This document shows positions 13,193 to 25,300 of a DNA stretch of 64,000 bases, piece after piece. Below the pieces are notes generated by a model. It was not told where the DNA came from. It searched no databases and saw only the letters and a program-made list of their open reading frames with translations. Every line of letters starts with the position of its first letter. The first letter of the stretch is position 1. The stretch lies in assembly GCF_009914755.1 (NCBI RefSeq), contig NC_060947.1; one strand, given 5' to 3'. Source of the stretch: the human T2T-CHM13v2.0 reference genome, Homo sapiens. The position numbers and the translations under genes are program-made.

Positions 13193-13794
13193 CTGCCATC
13201 AAAATGTGAGAGGTGATTGCCTGAACCCCTTCAGTTGGAAGTTAATGCTTTTGTGATCCCCAGAATATGCAATTAATGAGTTTCATTCTACTGACATTTT
13301 TAATGTCAACATTACCAACAGCAGATGGGAGATGTCTGCATTGGGTGTCTGTTTCCAATTAAGATCTTTAATTTATGATAAATGAATACGTTTCAATCAT
13401 GTCTGCCTTGCATTCAGTGTATGCTTGGTTGATCAACAATAAAAGCTGCCAGGAATGTTTTGGCACACAAAGAGAGACTGAGTCAGCTTATAGGTGGAAG
13501 GCTCACTGTTTTAATGGTTCCTTAAATTACTTAAATCAGAAAAACTAAAAAGAAGGTAACAAATGAGCTTAGTGGTTTTGTTTAATATATGTACGTGAAA
13601 ATTTGAAAAATTAAAGAGGAGAAAGAAATACCTGTAGACATCCCCACCCTAAAACAAACCCTGTTAGCATTTAGGTATCTTATTCTGGTCTTTGGACTAT
13701 GCATAGAATCATTTAGATAAGTATAATTACATATTGATTCTTAAGTTTTTCACCTAACATATCCTATGCTTTATTTTCCCAGTTTTCCACAATC

Positions 13795-14310
13795 TGTTAC
13801 GGCTATCTATTGCTTCATAACAGATCACCCCAAAACTTAGTGGCTGAAACAAGAAGATTAATTTGGCTTAAGAATCTGCAATTTTGGGAATGCTTGGCAG
13901 GGACAGCTGGACTCTGCTACTCTCAGTACTAACTGGGGCATTTCAAAGGCTGGGGGCTGAATCAACTGATGGCTTGCTCATGCACAGGTATCTTGGTTGA
14001 TGCTGGCTGTTGGCTGGGGCCTTAATTTGGCCTGTCAGCAGAAACGCCACATGCAACCATTCCATGTTGCTTAAACTTCCTCACAATATGGTAGCTATAT
14101 TCCAAGGGTGGGCTTCCCATGAGAGTAAGCCAGATAGAAGCTGCATTGGCTTTTATGATCTAGCTCTGTAAGTCACACAGCATGACTTCCACTACTTTTT
14201 TTTTTATTATTATAAATGAGTCTGTATTTATACAGCCTGTATTCAAGGGAAGGGAAATTAGACCCCACCTTTTTATGGCAGGAGCTTCAAAAATTTTGTT
14301 GATATCTTTT
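13795..14310 (-). mobile_element. MLT1 MaLR solo LTR
   Basis: tatctattgcttcataacagatcaccccaaaacttagtggct is the reverse complement of an MLT1 3' end. Confidence 0.85.
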
Positions 14311-14637
14311 ATAAAATGTGGCATAAAATGCTATCAAGTGAATATAGCAATCTTAACCATTTCACCTACAGTTACATTTGAGTTGCTACTGTTCTTAGAC
14401 TGTGATTAACATCTTTATTTAGCAGGTTTTCTAGAAATAATTATTCCTTGCATTCCACCAACTAGTTTGCAAAAGAGGATTTTTGTTACACATATAGGCA
14501 CTTAGTAAAGGTAATCTGATTTTTAAAGGACTAACATAACCAGATCTTAACTGTAATAAGATCTTTCTAAGAGCTAAGGCTGCCTTAATAGATGACAACC
14601 TTAGAAAGAGATGGGGGAAGCAGGTAGATGCTCTTAC

Positions 14638-14718
14638 CTTACAACATCCAAGAAATCCAAATGCATCCAAAAGTGTAAAATTTGCACTGAGTCACAACAT
14701 TTTCCAATACAAGATGGA
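14638..14718 (-). pseudogene. Exon (81 nt, phase 2-2), open, with RGS LxFW motif
   Basis: Acceptor ttttttctgacAG, donor aag|GTAAGa; reads PSCIGKCCDSVQILHFWMHLDFLDVV. Confidence 0.8.
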
Positions 14719-15030
14719 CTGTCAGAAAAAATGTTTCAAGGTTATTTGGCATTAGTGGGTGTAGAAGCTGGAAAGTTGATATGCCCCATAAAATGCAGGG
14801 GGACAAATGCTGGTGATAAATATGTTTAGGGTCTCCCCTAGGGCATATGGGGTCATGAGTAAATATTTTTGTTGGGTTTCTGTCTATAGAAACAGTTTGG
14901 TTAAAAATATATGACAAAATTCATAGACCCATCTAATTTAATGATGAATACTCAGAATCATGGGTACAGAAGAGGCACTTACATATTTGTTTATTGTCCA
15001 ATCACAGTATATAAAAATTATTTGTGTTAC

Positions 15031-15123
15031 CTAGGCAGCATCTTTTCCCATTCAAAGGCAAGAACCATCTGTTCATGTATTTTGTGGTCAAATTGCCATT
15101 CCTGGATAATTTCATATCTCCCC
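15031..15123 (-). pseudogene. Exon (93 nt, phase 2-2), open
   Basis: Acceptor ccttttccttctAG, donor tag|GTAAca; reads GRYEIIQEWQFDHKIHEQMVLAFEWEKMLP, in frame with the next exon. Confidence 0.8.
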
Positions 15124-15364
15124 CTAGAAGGAAAAGGTAACAACACTATTTTACTCACAACACCATGACTTTTCACTCTTTGTATTGAAATAATATAGAT
15201 CTTCTTATATCTGTAGTTCTCTATTATCCTTTATTTAATGGAGGTTATATCACTACTCATAATTCTGTATCTCCATTGTGCTGCCCATGAATATTGGCTT
15301 CCAGTGACTGTCTTAAAAGTTGTTACTGTGCTTTATTGATGATGATTATTCAGGTAAATCTTAC

Positions 15365-15402
15365 CCAGTGTATGCAGGAAAACGTGAACAGTAATTCATT
15401 TT
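15365..15402 (-). pseudogene. Candidate mini-exon (38 nt)
   Basis: Donor tgg|GTAAGa is strong, acceptor atcatgaccAG is weak. Reads KMNYCSRFPAYT and ends phase 2, in frame with the 15123 exon. Confidence 0.45.
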
Positions 15403-15639
15403 CTGGTCATGATAAACTTACATTTGAGAATTTTATAGAGTAAATGTAGAAAAAATACATATCCAACCATGTCCTTTCTCATACTATTTACTCTACAATC
15501 ACTACACTTCTAGAATATGACTGTACCCCTTCGTACAACACATCACCACAAATGGGAAGGATGGGCAAGGTACACTTGGGCAGAGTGAGAAAAGCAGAAG
15601 GAATATCTATTTTTAGTCTAGTCCAGTAGTGTCACTCAC

Positions 15640-15768
15640 AGAGGAGACAGCCCCAGCCAGTTTCAGTGACCAGAAGGATTCTTAGAAATTTTCAAGGAAG
15701 GCATTCTAAAGCACTGGACTTTCTGTGTAGCCTTAAGCTGGGGGCCTGGGGGCAGAGGCTCAGTTTGC
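15640..15768 (-). pseudogene. Candidate exon (129 nt, phase 2-2, one TGA)
   Basis: Acceptor gcctttaaacctAG, donor tct|GTGAGT; reads QTEPLPPGPQLKATQKVQCFRMPSLKISKNPSGH*NWLGLSP. Confidence 0.6.
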
Positions 15769-16039
15769 CTAGGTTTAAAGGCAATATTGAACACAACCAC
15801 AGATGACGGAAGAAAGTTAATTCTTGCAGATAAATGCTTTTAGGTGAGAGTATAATAACAAGTGATACATTATAGTATAGAAGGGTGGCCAGGTTCAGGG
15901 AGGTCAGCAAAGTGATAGACAATGCTCTGGCAGCAAAAAATAAAAATCCTCATGATGGATCACATGGAAGTGGACTCCATGAAGAGATTGACACTAGAAA
16001 AGAGTTACTGAATTTTAGTTAAGTAGTTTTAAAACAGTG

Positions 16040-17440
16040 TTCCAAGCTCCAGGCTCTGTGGTGTTTTCTTGAATGTTGACTTTCAATTCTCATCTTTCTT
16101 GATCCATTAATAGAGTTTGACACAGTTTATCATTATTTCTACCAAAATACTTCCTTTACTTCCAGTGCATTAAACTCACTTAGTTTTCCATTTAACTTTC
16201 TGGCTGGTATTTCTGTCTCCCATGCTGATTTTCCTTCACCTCATGGACTGCTAAATATCAGAGTGTCCACATCTTAGTCCTTGGGTTTCATCTCTTCTCT
16301 ATTTACCCTCACTTCCTTGACGTTCTCATCTAGTTTCATGGCTTTAAATACAATTTATATGCCCTTGACTCCCATATTCATATTTTCATCTCAAATGTCT
16401 TCTGTGAACTTCAGAATCATATATACTACTAGGCACTTGATATCTCAACATGGATGTCTAAGAGACATCTCAAAACAAATGTCCAATTCTAAACTCCTGA
16501 TATTCAATCTCCCCCAAATTGATGAGTCCATAGCATTCTCTATCTTATTTGATGACCACACTATCCCTCCACTTGCTGAGAACAAAAAACTTGGAATACT
16601 TCTTCACTCTTATGTTTCTCTAATAGCTAGTGGTGTCCTGAAGCCAGCTCAAATGGGCACATAAGAGCCAATGGTGCACATGTCTTCCCAACTCTGTGTT
16701 CAGTAATGTTATATTGGTAGCTTGAAATCAGCCATTGTAGAAATATCTACTTCATGAAAATCAATACATTTTACATATCAGGCCTCCCTTCCCCTTTCTC
16801 ATGCCAATCTGGTTGTTCAGCATTTATCGGCACATGGCTGCATATACATGTCATCCCCAATCCATCAGCAAATCTTATTGGTTCTGCCTTCAAAATATAC
16901 CCAGATCCAACGATTTCCTACTACCTCCATAGATACTACTCCAGGCTATCTGAGTCACATAAATTCTCACGTGGGTTTAATGTGTAACATCCTGACGGGT
17001 CTCTCTGATTCTGCTCTTGCATCCTAATAGTATATTTCCCAAATAGTAGCCAGAGTGATTTTGTTAAGATGAGTCAAATTATATCACTGTTCTAGTCAAA
17101 ATCTCCAGTTGTTTCCCATCTACTCAAGAGTAAAAGTCAAAGTCCTTATGATATCCACAAGGCTCTCCATGATCTGATCTTCTGTTGTCTCTCTAACCTA
17201 ATTCTCTCCTGCTGTTTTTCTTGTCTATTCAACTTCAGTTATACTGGCCTCCTGGCTGTTTCTCAACAACACCAGGCATACTCATGCCTCAGGATATTTG
17301 CACTTGCCTCGAACCCATCCCCAAACCCTATATTCTTTCTCCAGATATATCCCTCAGCTCCTTCAGTCACTAATAAAATGTCATCTTATTGCAGCCTTTC
17401 CTGAAACCCTATGTAAAGTTTCAATCCATACCTTCTTCAC

Positions 17441-17471
<31 letters not shown>

Positions 17472-17705
17472 GCACTTCCTTTCTCCCTTCCTTGCGTTAT
17501 TTTTCACTTAGAAATCATAACCATCTAACAAATTAAATATTTATTTTTCTTATTTATTTTCTATTTCCTCTATTAGAATGGAAGCACCACTAGAGCAGGG
17601 ATTTATGTCTATTTCATTTCCCAACGTATCTCCAGCACCTACAAGAGTTCCTGACACATGATATGTAAGTTCTCAATATAAATTGTTGAAATTAATGTAT
17701 GAATA
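16040..17705 (+). mobile_element. L2 with nested MER63-like element and a (CA)n
   Basis: L2 RT-to-3'-end sequence ending ttgttgaaattaatgtatgaat. Confidence 0.85.
16628..16842. mobile_element. MER63-like hAT-Blackjack element
   Basis: agtggtgtcctgaagccagctc ... cagcatttatcggcacatggctg. Confidence 0.7.
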
Positions 17706-17859
17706 GCACATATGGGTAAAGGATGAGGTCGAGTGGGCAGTGTTCTGTGATTTACAGGCCCACTGAACATTTAACTCAGTTTTTTAGATATTGTGTTGTA
17801 ATATGTTTTACATATTGTATTGTGCATATGTAAAACACTTGTGAAGAAGTATTATTGCA

Positions 17860-18000
17860 TAAACAATAATAACAGTTATAGCGATAAGGTTTAAAATACA
17901 CTGTTCTCATCTAATACTCCTATTTTATCTATTGCAGAAGCTGAAAGTGACAGAGATGAAGGGGCTTGCCTAAGGTCTCACAATCATACCCGTAATTCCC
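17860..18000 (-). repeat. MIR fragment
   Basis: tcctattttatctattgcagaagctgaaagtgacagagatgaaggggcttgcctaaggtctcac. Confidence 0.6.
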
Positions 18001-18482
18001 AAGACTAAGTGGGGTAAAGGGAGGAGATAGCATAGAGCTGTGAATTTGGGTATCACTAGAGACTCTGCCATCACCACTGGAGTGGAGTAAAAAAGAAGTT
18101 GTGGAATGAGCTTTTCAAGAAGAATGTCAATACGATTTACAAATTCTAGTAATAGTAATTACATGATTAGGACCATGGAAGTGCACCTATGGCTCATTGC
18201 TAATTAGGTGAAGAAATCAGACTCTTCTAATTAAGAATACAAAGTGGCAATATGTGAGGAAAACATAACTTTACAAGAAAGTCAAAGTTTAAATATAAAT
18301 TACACTAAGATGAAGTATGATTTAGTACAAATAAGTAAGATACGACAAAGCTACACCTTCACTAATCTGATGATTTAGGAACGAGGGAAGGGCCAACTGA
18401 TTCTCTGAATTCTTATATAATCATTTTGGGGTTACAACAAATGATAGTTCTAGCCATTTTTGTAGGATGTGCTTGTTTATAC

Positions 18483-18720
18483 CTGAAAGTTATTTGTCAT
18501 TTTGTGGTGCATTTTGCTTATAAATCAGTTCTTCCCCAGAAACATCTCTGAAAGGATCACCTCAAAAGTAGGTTTTGGTGCAAATAGTTCTTAAAAAACT
18601 AATAGTTATTGCTTGGTTTGGTTTCATTTGGTATCATCCTGATGCTTTCTGCTAGTAGTATTTGTTTTTATTTTTAATAAGACAGCTGGCTTTTTGCTTC
18701 CTGTAGACTTATCTTTATGC
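18483..18720 (-). pseudogene. Possible decayed exon
   Basis: Donor cag|GTataa; fragments ELFAPKPTFEVILSEMFLG and DVSGEELIYKQ; acceptor ambiguous; many stops. Confidence 0.3.
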
Positions 18721-20056
18721 CTATGAACAAGCACTAGGGATTTTAAAAATCTAATAATAATCCAACTTCTTCCCATTGTTCACAATTTTTATCATTATTT
18801 TAAAAAATCACCTTAGAAAAGATATTGCTTATTTAATTTATTTATTTTTACTACAGTTTATTTCCTTCTGATAATGTTCAATTAAAATTAAAGTTAATTT
18901 CTATGTTAAATATTAGCAGGGGTTGTTTCTGGATGGTAGAATTGGGAGTGTTTATTAAAATTATCCCCAACCTCAGGCAGCACAGCTCACAGTTCCTTCC
19001 CACACTTCTAGAGAGGAGAGAGAAGAGTAAAGAGAACTTTATCTTGCAACTTGGATACTAGCTCAGCCACAATAACAGGGTACCAGGGAGAGTCATAAGG
19101 CCCCCATTCCAGGCCCCAGCTCACAGATGATATTTCTAGACACAACCTGGGCAAGAAGGGAACCTGCTACCTTGAAGGGAAGAACTCAGTCCTGGTAGGA
19201 TTCATTACCTGCTGAATAAAGAGCCTTTGGGCTATGAAAAATGGGGTGCAATCCCCAGGCAGTACTTGCCATGGGCCTTGGGTGAGACTCAGAACCATGC
19301 TGACTCTCAGGTGAGTGCAGCACATTCCCAGCTGTCTTGGCTATGGGGAGAGACACCTTCTGCTTGAGAAAAGGAGAAGAAAGAGTAAGGGAACTTGTCT
19401 TCCAGCTTAAGTACAAGCTTGGCCACAGTGGGATGGAATACCAAGTGGGCTCTTGGGCTTCCTGATTTTAGGCCTTTGTTCTTACACAGCATTTCTGGAC
19501 CTTCCCTGGGACAGAGGGGAGCCCACCACCATGAACGGAGAGTCCCAGGCCTGCCAGCATTCACCACAAGGTCACTGAAGAGCCCTTGAGCTTTGAGTGA
19601 ACACTGACAATAGCCAGGCAGTACTCTTCATGGCCCTGGAGCAATGGTGGCAACAGAGACAGACTCCTCCACCTGTGGAAAGGAGAGGGAAGAGTGGGAA
19701 GAACTTTGTTTTGTGGCTTAGGTGCCAGCTCAGCCTCAGTAGAATGGAACACTTGGTTGATTCCTAAGGTTTCTGACTCTAGACCCTGGCTTCTAGACAG
19801 CATCTCTGGACCCACCCAGGGCAAAAGGTAACTGGCTGCTCAAAGGGAAAGAACACCAAGCCTGGCTGGTTTTGCTACCTGCTGAGTGTAGAGCCCTAGG
19901 ACCATGAGAGAACATAGGTGGTAGCCAGGCAGTGGTTACCACAATGTATGAGCAAGACCTAATATGGTGCTGGCTTCAGGTCAGACCCAGAGAAGGCCCA
20001 GTGGTGATGGCCACAGGGGTGCTTGTGTCACTTCTCCCCGAGCTACAGGCAGTCCA

Positions 20057-20058
<2 letters not shown>

Positions 20059-20101
<43 letters not shown>
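20059..20101. repeat. (GA)n microsatellite in the L1 5' UTR
   Basis: Direct inspection. Confidence 0.95.
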
Positions 20102-20103
<2 letters not shown>

Positions 20104-20529
20104 CTGTTTGGGACAAAGTAAGTGAAGAGAACAAGAGTCTCTGGTGATTCAGAAATTCTTCCAGATCTTATCCATTATCACCAAGGCAGTACCTCTATGA
20201 GTCTGTAAGAGCCACAGCATTACTGGGCTTGGGGTGTCCCCTAATGCAGATATGGCTGCAGAGACCAAAAACTTAGATCACAACACCCAAGTCCCTTCAA
20301 ATACCTGGAAAGCCTTCCCATGAAGGACGGGTACAAACAACGCCAGACTGCAAAGACTAAAATAAATACTTAACTCTTCAATGCCCAGACACCAACAAAC
20401 ATCCACAAGCATCAAGACCATCCAGAAAAGCATGACCTCACCAAATAAACTTAATAAGGTATCAGGGATCAATCCTGGAGAGACACAGATATATGACCTT
20501 TCAGACAGAGAATTGAAAATAGCTGTTTT

Positions 20530-20997
20530 GCACTATTCATAATAGCAAAGACATGGAATCAACCCAAATGCCCATCAATGATAGACTGGATAAAGAAAAT
20601 GTGGTATATATACACCATGGAATACTATGCAGCCATAAAAAGGAACAAGATCATGTCCTTTGCAGGGACATGGATGGAACTGGAAGCCATTATATTCAGC
20701 AAACTAATGCAGGAACAGAAAACCAAACACTGCCTGTTCTCACTTATAGGTGGGAGCTCAACAATGAAAACACATGGACACAGGGAGGGGAAAAACACAC
20801 ACGGGGCCTGTTGGGGGGTGGGGTGTGAGGAGGGAGAGCATTAGGAAAAATAGCTGATGCACGCTGGGTTTAATACCTAGATGATGGGTTGATAGGTGCA
20901 GCAAACCACCACAGCACACGTTTACCTATATAACAAACCTGCATATCCTGCACATGTACCCTGGAACTTAAAATAAAAATAAAAATTAAAAAAAAAA
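20530..20997 (+). mobile_element. Short L1PA 3' end (L1PA10-13-like) nested in the older L1
   Basis: DWIKKMWYIYTMEYYAAIK, 3' UTR and poly(A); TSD gaaaatagctgtttt / gaaaataagtgtttt. Confidence 0.92.
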
Positions 20998-22385
20998 GAA
21001 AATAAGTGTTTTAAGGAAAACAAAGAAATTCAAAATAACACAGAAAACGAATACAGAATCCTATCAGATAAATTTAACAAATAGAAAGACTCAAACAAGA
21101 AGACAGGGAAGAATGAAAGAAGGAAGAGAAGACCACAAAACAACCAGAAAACAATAATAAAAAGGAAGGAGTAAGCCCTTACTTATCAATAATAACATTG
21201 AATGTAAATGGACTAAACCACCCGATCAAATTACGTATACTGGCTGAATGGATTTTTAAAAAGACCCAAAGATCTGTTCCCTACAAGAAATATACCTCAC
21301 CTATAAAGACACACATAAACAGAAAATAAAAGGATGGAAAAATACATTCCATGCCAATGGAAACCAAAAAAGATCACAAATACCTATACTTATGTCAGAC
21401 AAAATAGATTTCAAGACAAAAACTATAATAAGAGACAAAGAAGGTTACTATATAATGATAAAGGGGTCGATTCAGCAAGAGGACATAGTTAATTGTAAAT
21501 ATAGATTCACCCAATACTGGTCCACCCAGATATAAAAGCAAATAAATATTATTAGAGCAAAAGAGAGAGCCAAATAACAATACAATAATAGCTGGGGACG
21601 TCAACACTCCACTTTCAGCATTGGACAGATCATTCAGACAGAAAATTAACAAGGAAATATCAGACTAAATCTGCACTATAGAAAAAAATGAACTTAATAG
21701 CTATTTAGATAACATTTCATTCCATGTCTATAGATATAAATTCTTCTGAGCACAGGGATCATTCTCAAAAATAGAACACATATTAAGCAGTAAAACAAGT
21801 TTTAAAATATTTAAAACTTTGAGATTATACCAAGTATCTTCTCTGACTACAATGGAATAAAACTAGGAATCAGTAATAAGAGGAATTTTGAAAACTATAA
21901 AAACACATGGAAATTAAACAACGTGTTCTTGACTTACCAGTGTGTCAATAAAGAAATTTCGAATAAAATTTAGAAACTTCTTCAAACAAATGACAATGAA
22001 AACACAATATATCAAAAGCTATGAGACACAGCAAAAGCAGTACTAACAGGAAATACTATAGCTATAAGTGCCTATTACTCTTTGATAAAAAGTAAAAATA
22101 CTTCAAATAGCCAACATAACAATAATTATTAAAAAAACAAGAGCAAAACAAGTCCAAAATTAGTAGAAGAAAAGAAATAATGAAGATCAGAGCAGAAATA
22201 AATGAAATGGGAACAAAGAAAACAATACATAAGGTCAACGATACATAAAATTGGGTTTTTGAAAAGATAAATAAAATTGACAAACATTTATTCAGACTCA
22301 GAAAAAAAAGAGAATACCCAATAAATAAAACCAGAGATGAAAAAAGAGATATTACAACTGATAATACAGAAATGCAAAGAATGAC

Positions 22386-25300
22386 CCTTTCATCTCTGAT
22401 TTTATTTATTTGAGTATTGTCTCATTTTCTCTTAGGAAGTCTGGCTAAAGGATTGTCAATTATTTTTGTCTTTTCAAAAAACCAACTTTTCCATTTTGTT
22501 GATCTTTTATATTATTTTCTTAATTTCAAATTTATCTATATCTGCACCGATTGTTATTCTTTGTTTTCTTCTACTAATTTTGGCTTTGGTTTGCTTTTGC
22601 TTTTCTACTTCTTTAAGATGCATCATTGAGTTATTTATTTGAAGTTTTTTTCTTTTTTGATGTAGGCACTTATAGCTATAGACTTCCCTCTTAGTACTGC
22701 TTTTGCTGTATCCTGCAGGTTTTGGTATGTTGTGTTTCCATTATCATTTGTTCAAGAATTTTTTCATTTTCCTTCTTAATTTATTCATTGATCCACAGGT
22801 CATTCAGGAGCATATTGTTCAATTTCCGTGTATTTGCATAGCTTCAATAATTCCTCTTGTTATTGATCACTAGTTTTATTCCACTGTGGTCAGAGAGAAT
22901 GCTTGATATTATTTCAATTCTTTTGAATGTTTTAAGACTTGTTTTGTGACCTAATTTATGGTCTCTCATTGAGATTGATCCATGTGCTGAGTAAAAGAAT
23001 GTGTATTCTGCAGCTGTTGGATGAAATGTACTCTAAATACCTATTAGATCCACTTGGTCTATAGTGCAGGTTAAAAGTCTGATGTTTCTTGGTTTATTTT
23101 CTGTCTGGAAGATCTGTCCAATTATGAGTGGGGCATTGAAGTATCCAGCTATGATTGTATTGGGGTCTATCTCTCTCTTTAGCTCTAATAATATTTGCTT
23201 TATATATCTGGGTGGACCAGTATTGGGTAAATCTATATTTAAAATTACTATATCCTCTTGCTGAATTGACCCCTTTATCATTATGTAGTAACCTTCTTTG
23301 TCTCTTCTTATAAGTTTTGTCTTGAAATCTATTTTGTCTGATAAAAGTATAGGTATTCCTGATCTTTTTTGGTTTCCATTGACATGGAATATCTTTTACC
23401 ATCCCTTTATTTTCAGTCCATATGTGTCTTTATAGGTGAGGTATATTTCTTGTAGGTAACAGATCTCTTGGTCTTTAAAAATCCATTCAGCCAGTCCATG
23501 TCTTTTGATTGGAGAGTTTAGTACATTTACATTCAATGTTATTGATAAATAAGGACTTCCTCCTGCCTTTTTGTTATTTGTTTTCTGGTTGTTTTGTGGT
23601 CTTCTCTCTTTTCTTTTCCTTCTTGTCCTTCTTTTGTGAAGGTGATTTTCTTTGGTGATTTAGTTTCTTGGTTTTTTTTTTTTTTTTTTTTTTGTCTCCA
23701 TTGTATGTTTTGTGGTTTCGTGTTACCATAAGGCTCACAAATAGAATCAAGCTGATAACAATGTATAAACAAAGAAACTGATAAGCAAAAAGAAAGCTAA
23801 CAAAAACTACTTCTTAACTTCACCCTCTGTTTTTTAACTTTTTTGTTTCTATTTATATCTTATTGTATTGTCTATGTCTTGAAAGCTGTTGTAGTTATTA
23901 TTTCTGATTAGTTCATTGTTTAGTCTTTCTACTTAGAATAAGTAAAGTTAACACAGCACAGTTATAATATTCTGTGTCTTTCTGTGTGCTTACTATTACC
24001 AGTGAGTTGTGTACCTTCAGGTGACCACTTATTACTTATTAACATCCTTTTCTTTCTAATTGAAGTACTCCCTCTAGCATTTCTTGTAGGATAGATCCGG
24101 TGTTGATGAAATTCCTCAGCTTTTGTTTGGGAAAGTCTTAATTTCTCCTTCATGCTTGAAGAATATTTTGCCAGATATGTACTATTCTAGGGTAAAATTT
24201 TTTGTTTTTTTTTTCCCCTCCAGTACCTTAATTATGTCATGCCCCTCTCTGTTGGCCTGTTTCCATTATGTTATGTCCCTCTTTACTGGCCTGTTTCCAC
24301 TGAAAGGTCTGCTGCCATATATATTCTAATTCCACTGAATATTATTCATTTCTTTTTTCTTGCTGCTTTTAGGATTCTTTCTTTATCCTTAATCTTTGGG
24401 AGTTTGACTATTAAATGCCTTGAGGTAGTCTTCTTTGGGTTAAATCTGCTTGCTGTTCTATAACTCTTTTGTACTTGGATATTGCTATATCTCCTAGGTT
24501 TGGAAAGTTCTCATTATTATCCCTTTGAATAAACTTTCTACCCCTATCTCTTTCTCTACCTCTTCTTTAAGGCCAATAACTCTTAGATTTGCCCTTTTGA
24601 AGCTATTTTTAGATCCTGTAGGTGTACCTCATTGTTTTTTATTCTTTTTTTTTTTTTTGACTCCTCTGACTGTATTTTCAAATAGCCTGTCTTCAAGGTC
24701 ACTATTTGCTTTTCTGCTTAATCAATGCTGCTATTAAAAGACTGATGCATTCTTCAGTATGCCAATTGCATTTATCAACTCCAGAATTTCTCCTTTTAAA
24801 TTATTTCAATCTCTTTGCTAAATTCATCTGATAGAATTCCGAATTCCTTCTCATGTTATTTTGAATCTCTTTGAGTTTCCTCAACACTGCTATTTTGAAT
24901 TCTTTGTCTGAAAGGTCACCTATCTCCTTTTCTCCAGGATTGGTCCCTAGTGCCTTATTTAGTTCATTTGGTAAGGTCGTGTTTTCCTGGAATGTCTTGA
25001 TACTTGTAGATGTTTGTCTGTTTCTAGGTATTGAAGAGTTAGGTATTTATTTTAGTCTTCACTGTCTCAGCTTGTTTGTACCCATCCTTCTTGGGAAGCC
25101 TTTCAGATTTTTGAAAGGACTTGGGAGTTGTGATCTAAGCTGTATCTGCTTTAGGGGGCACCCAAAGCCCGGTAATAATATGGTTTTTGCAGACTCATAC
25201 AGGTACTACTGTGATGGTCTTAGACAAGATGTGAGAGAATTTTCTGGATTACCAGGCAGAGACTCTTGTTCTCTTGCCTTACTTTCTCCCAAACAAATGG

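Larger units (their letters stand above)
18965..22385 (+). mobile_element. Old L1 (L1M1/M2-type): 5' UTR, partly deleted ORF1 and ORF2 endonuclease region
   Basis: GC-richer repeated 5' UTR units, ORF1 start, then tcaataataacattgaatgtaaatggactaaac (ORF2 start). Confidence 0.85.
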
